Assembly: GCA_977030845.1 (NCBI GenBank)
Contig: OZ365114.1
Coordinates: forward strand, 14,384,001-14,448,000
Direction of reading: 5' to 3'
From: Fimbriosthenelais zetlandica
Lineage: Eukaryota
Length of the DNA stretch: 64,000 nucleotides
Each line of letters starts with the position of its first letter. Position 1 is the stretch's first letter. Made by a program: the position numbers and the translations under genes. This document shows, piece by piece, positions 1-64,000 of the stretch. The notes under the pieces were generated by a model. It made no database searches. It was given only the letters and a program-made list of their open reading frames with translations, and was not told the origin of the DNA.

Positions 1-2511
1 GCCTAGCCTACATCTCCCTGTGATTTGATTCTGATTAGGGCCTAATGTCACAGGGATGAAGAAACAAATGAGAAAATGGCCGGGGTAGGCCCGTGGGAAG
101 CCACCCGAGCCAGAATATTGATACAGGAGTACCTAGATAGGCTATAGCCTAGTATGTGTTAGACATAAGCCCTTTCCCCACTCAGAAATTTTTTATTCTT
201 TATTTTACTAAAGTAAATCCACCTATTCCAACATCGATTTTTATGTGCATGGATAACATCGAACCTTATGTGGATTTATTCGCTAAAATAGGCCTACTAG
301 ATTTTGGCTTTTGAAACCATGTTATTATCAAGTTCGCAAGCAAAAAGTTTACTCAAACACATAAACTCTGGTATCACAAAATAAATTTATTGACCTTCGA
401 TAAACGCAAATATTTAGGGACGGCTGTCTTATATACAAAGATAATCATTTAGACTAATGATTTAGTTCTAACTGCAAGAAATAAAACTACATCTTTCTGT
501 CACTTCCTCTAAGATCCTTCTAAAGGCTATTCACTATCAGACGTCAGCCACGAACAGTTACTCTCACTACATCTAAAAGCCCAATTAAAGCGTCAATTAA
601 CAATCATCTTCATTCCATAATGAAACTTCAATTTTAAGTCCCATATATAGGCTCTACATTAGCTGGCCATCAGCAAGATTAAATCCTTGATTAACCTTAC
701 AATAAAAATAAGTTAGGCTATAAAGATGTCCTCGTGTCTGTAGGTCCTGATTATGTAAATGAAGAGTTTACACGTATACATACGGTATAGGTCTAATCCA
801 GATACTGGATATATACGATCCATTATTTAAAAATAAATCAAAATTAACCTATTTACGAGGCTCAATAACTTTCTTATAGCCACCTGTCTCTGCACGGTAT
901 ACTTCAGATAGGATCAGAATTTCCTATCCCAAACAAAACTACCTCCATGAACCATCCGTTCAGAAAACAAACTTTCATACATAAACTCACAAGGTCAAAA
1001 CAAAAATGTCCTATGTTACATTTTTTGCATAGATATGTGTCAGGTATTGGAGTACATATATATCCATTATAAACAATATTTACATTAAAATTTGCATGGT
1101 ACTGAGAATGAATCAATTTGTAATACCAATTATATTTCTCCAATACCAACTTAGAAATTTTCTCAAATTTGCCTTCCATGAAATAAGTAATCCCTAGAAT
1201 GTCGTTCTTCAACAATGGCGATGAACGTTCTCCTGGTCGACTTTATATTTAAGGCGGAAACTGCGGAAAATGGCAGTAATATATATTTGAGTATTGTATA
1301 CGGTATACTGCTATTTAATATTATGTACAAGAAACACCACAGTTTAAAACATAAAGTATTACATTAAAGATTTCCTCCCCAATATGTTCTCCACATTGCT
1401 AAGAGATATGAGGAACAGAAAATGATTTTCATTATACATGTACTTATCTTCATACAGATATGTGGAGTTCGAAAATTAAAATTTGTCCTAGTATATCTTG
1501 TTTACACAATCTACTTTACTTTCAATACTAAAGCTGTGAGTCACAGGGCATTGGATTATATACAAATTAAAACAGAAGTTTAGACATAGATATCAGCATA
1601 TATGTTATACTTCCACTAAATGCCAAGCAAGAGATTTCATGACAGCGCGATGCGCTGAATAAAGTATTATATAGGGAGTACAGAGAGGAATGTTAAACAT
1701 TACTATTTTATACTCATATACTCACCTCACATTCTGGTCATATTCCATTCATTCAGAGTACAGTTATATATACTATACTTCAACACAGGGTGGGTTTAAA
1801 TTATAAATAAAATAACGTAAGCACCAGAATACATGAACAAAATAAAGTCAGTGACGCTAACAACAGACGGAGGCAGGCTGGAGTTTAAATCAATTAATTA
1901 TGTCAAGAAAAGTAAAAGAATCATGGATATGTCCAATTGGAGGCCCCATAAGTATTAAGGAATGCCATATAATTCACTTTCACATTGAAAAGTATAATAT
2001 CTAACCGTTTTCCGACATTACGAAGATAATCAAATCCCACCCATAACAAAATATACACTTCACAAAAGTTAGAGCTTTCATGTTTCAATCACAAACAAGA
2101 AGATCCAAGCACTCAGGTATATACTAACATGTTGTTCTGTCTCAGAAAATCTTGAAGCTTAAATGCTGGTATTTTTTGCAGTAGTTTTCTGTTTTCTTAT
2201 GATGCCTTTGGTGGTATCTTTTTTAAAAGGAATTACTGAGTTGGAATTCAAGAGTTTTACAATACTGAACGATAAAGAGGCGTAAATTGCCAATAAATAC
2301 ATTATCATCGTTTCATAAGCACTTATAACCAGCTAAAATGACATGTATAAAAGTCCAAGAATGGATGGATTCGAAGACAAAGTGAAACATTTGTGGACGA
2401 AGTGTGCCTGAGTGAATATTCCATTTCTGCAAATCGACAGAAAATATCAGCGAATATTCCAAGGTATCACCAAGGTTTTCAAGTGTTTGTCAGATGCATG
2501 CTTTGTCCTAT

Positions 2512-2658
2512 CTGAAAAGAATAAGATGCACAATATGATTACATGTCAAAGTCAAGAAGTACCATATTAGAAATCAGAAAAATGCCAGATCACCATGTCT
2601 CTAAGACATAGAAAATGTCAAATAAGTGGTTTATATAAATTTATATGTTCTTACTTAC
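2512..2658 (-). other. Putative 3' UTR intron (147 nt)
   Basis: gtaagt donor 38 nt after the stop codon and ttcttttcag acceptor. Confidence 0.55.
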
Positions 2659-2696
2659 ATAAATGGATAAGAAATCTCTAGAGGGCAAGCTTAGGA

Positions 2697-61804
<59,108 letters not shown>

Positions 61805-62118
61805 GATAGATGTAATTGCTGTAATCTATATGCAGGTGTACGTATATAGTCCTTTTCGGGGGGAATCAGTATGGTTTATCTTGACAGTATAAAACCCACA
61901 TAATCATCCTTCTTTAGGCTATGTATTGTGTAGAAAACAAACCCTATACAATCTGTTCGCTTAATTCTCAATGGAAATGTTCCTCAGGTAAATAATATCT
62001 TTTCCTTGGGGTGTTTCTATCCTCAAAGTAAATATAATATATTTTCCTCTCATAAGTCACTCTTATGTTCACTTATAGTCTGAGAGAATGCTCTTCTTCC
62101 TCAGGTGTTTTCACTTAC

Positions 62119-62240
62119 ACTATAGGCTGCTCACAGCATCCACCTGAGCATGCTGAGAGAGTATAGAGTGAGAGAAGGAGAGTATGTTTGTGTGAGAGAG
62201 TCCAGGAATAGTGAAGGTGTGTAGAGATACACCTTATAGA
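62119..62240 (-). promoter_or_regulatory. Putative distal promoter and non-coding first exon
   Basis: CTATAA at 62234-62239, Inr-like TCACT about 26 nt downstream (~62212), strong donor AGT|gtaagt at 62118, and acceptor tagattacag at 61819 just before the ATG exon. GGCGGGAAC (GC/E2F-like) at ~62305. Confidence 0.55.
62131..62151 (-). other. uORF (MLRWML*) in the putative 5' non-coding exon
   Basis: ATG CTC AGG TGG ATG CTG TGA read directly; depends on the exon call. Confidence 0.4.
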
Positions 62241-64000
62241 CATAAGCCAGCCTTTGGCTCCAGGTACTTTCAAAGAGCCTACCTATTAATGCTTGCCAAA
62301 AAAAGTTCCCGCCTCCACTACTAGTCTCCAGGTATTACTCGAGGGAACTTGGCTGAGTGGGACTCATTCACCATATAGTAGTGAGTGCACCAAGATGATA
62401 CTTTTGCTCCATTGGGGAGTGCCCCAAAGTAATGTTCGTGTTTGCACCTAGAGAGCAGAAGCCGGGTGACAGAGAACAAATGGGGGATGAGAGGAGGTGA
62501 GTAAGAGAAAAGTGTTGGTCTGAGATGCAGAGTAATGGGTGGGATGCTGCACTATATACTGAGTCACTTCCAGTCCCCATTCATCGCCTCACTGGGACTG
62601 TGGAAGAGATTTGATGAGCTGCTGCTTTGTGAACACCAGCTGGTATGGAGTATATTATTGAAGTAAAGAGTCTGGGTGGGTATCCAGGAAGGTTCTCCTC
62701 CTCTCTGTGAATGGTGTATGGACTCTCAGACTCTGCCGTGATGGATTCAGACACCATGTGGTTTGTGGGCTTCTTTGGGCGCCTGTTAAAGAACTATCCA
62801 AAATAGAATCAGGAATGTCTATCCAACACCCACGGATTGGCATTGACTCAAGTCCTCCTTAATTCATGGAACAGAAAATAAAGGAAAATGAATTAATACA
62901 ATATAAATGGAAGGAAACTCATTGCGTCATTCCTATTTATAAGCATCTCTTTTTTAAGGAGCCCCACGTTCAATTATAATAAATAATTTCGCTGAATAAT
63001 AAGATATGTAGATTACTATAATCACAGTATGGCTTAATGAATGGTATGAAAACTATAGATATAGGCCAAGGTTTGAAAAGGCCCAGACTATGGTATAATG
63101 ATATACACTAACCTTCTGAGCTCCCATGCGATGGTCTGGCTGCAGCTGGTAAGGTTGAGGAAGTTTTGATATGGAGACAGCCATGTCCCAAAAGAAATCC
63201 TCCTTAAAGTCTTTCCCGACAGCATCTTTAAGGACTCATACATGTATATCTGCAACACAATTTATAACGATTCTTATTATAAGTCCATCTATTACACAAA
63301 TCTTAAATCGCATGACGCATAAAAAGGGTATAATCTTAAAATTCATATTGACTAATTGAGGACGAATCAAGACAGGATTTTATTTGAAATTAACAAGCTA
63401 CAAATGCACAAATAATCCTAATCTAAGCGGAAATGGATTTTAATATGAACATAAAGAGAGGCCTGTGATTTAAAAAAATGCCCCTTTAGGGATCAAAGGC
63501 CATTAAGATATCTCCAATGCCCCAGGACATATTTTAGCATTACATTCAGCACTAAAATGATGCATTAGCTTTTGTATTTTAATATATATGATAGATCTTC
63601 CTTGTATTTATAATTTAGCTCTAAAGCACAACCTTTGATAACGGTGGGATTGTCTGGAAAGCCTGTGGCTAAACTTTAGTTCAAGGAGGCTCCAAAATTT
63701 ACACATTTCAGCGCTTCAGGAGTTACACAGTCATGTGTAAGAATGTTTTGCTTTACCCCTAAGTTTCTATTATCAAAAAAGACCCTTGCCTTTTAAAGAT
63801 TACTGGTTTGATCGGTGATTTAGCATTCACTCTAGGATTATAGGTTAATGTCTTCTCTCTACAGCCAGGACTTTCTAAAAGCTTTTCCAAATCATTTGCA
63901 GTCAGCCATGCAGAATGATAATAAATTAACCTCATTGTAACTAGGAGGTATATGTGTCAGTAGCAGTTTCTTTGCTGGGTTGTGATGATGGAAATGGGAG

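Overview
AT-rich animal genomic DNA with GT-AG introns; probably a marine invertebrate such as an echinoderm, which is inference only. Almost the whole window is one minus-strand gene running from about 62.2 kb down to below 2.5 kb. I assembled by hand 38 phase-consistent coding exons from 21969 to a TAA stop at 2697-2699 (7,998 nt, 2,665 aa). They encode a type II membrane protein: TM anchor, SEA domain with an intact GSVVV autocleavage motif, short Thr-rich stalk, Frizzled CRD 1, nine group-A SRCR domains, Frizzled CRDs 2 and 3, a 767-aa single-exon PTS mucin region, and a C-terminal Frizzled CRD 4. There is no protease, LDLa, CUB or ZP domain, so it is not a canonical Corin, MFRP or DMBT1, and I do not recognise the architecture. 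The upstream 40 kb is mostly intron but carries several phase-0 cytoplasmic-tail exons and at least two likely promoters. These feed a shared exon with an FDNPAY (FxNPxY) endocytosis motif. A possible spliced antisense transcript overlaps the second promoter. Introns also hold minisatellites, MITE-like hairpins, simple repeats and unassignable decayed sequence. No prokaryotic features, CRISPR arrays, rRNA or intact tRNA were seen. All exon calls come from splice signals, frame and domain motifs, not transcript data.
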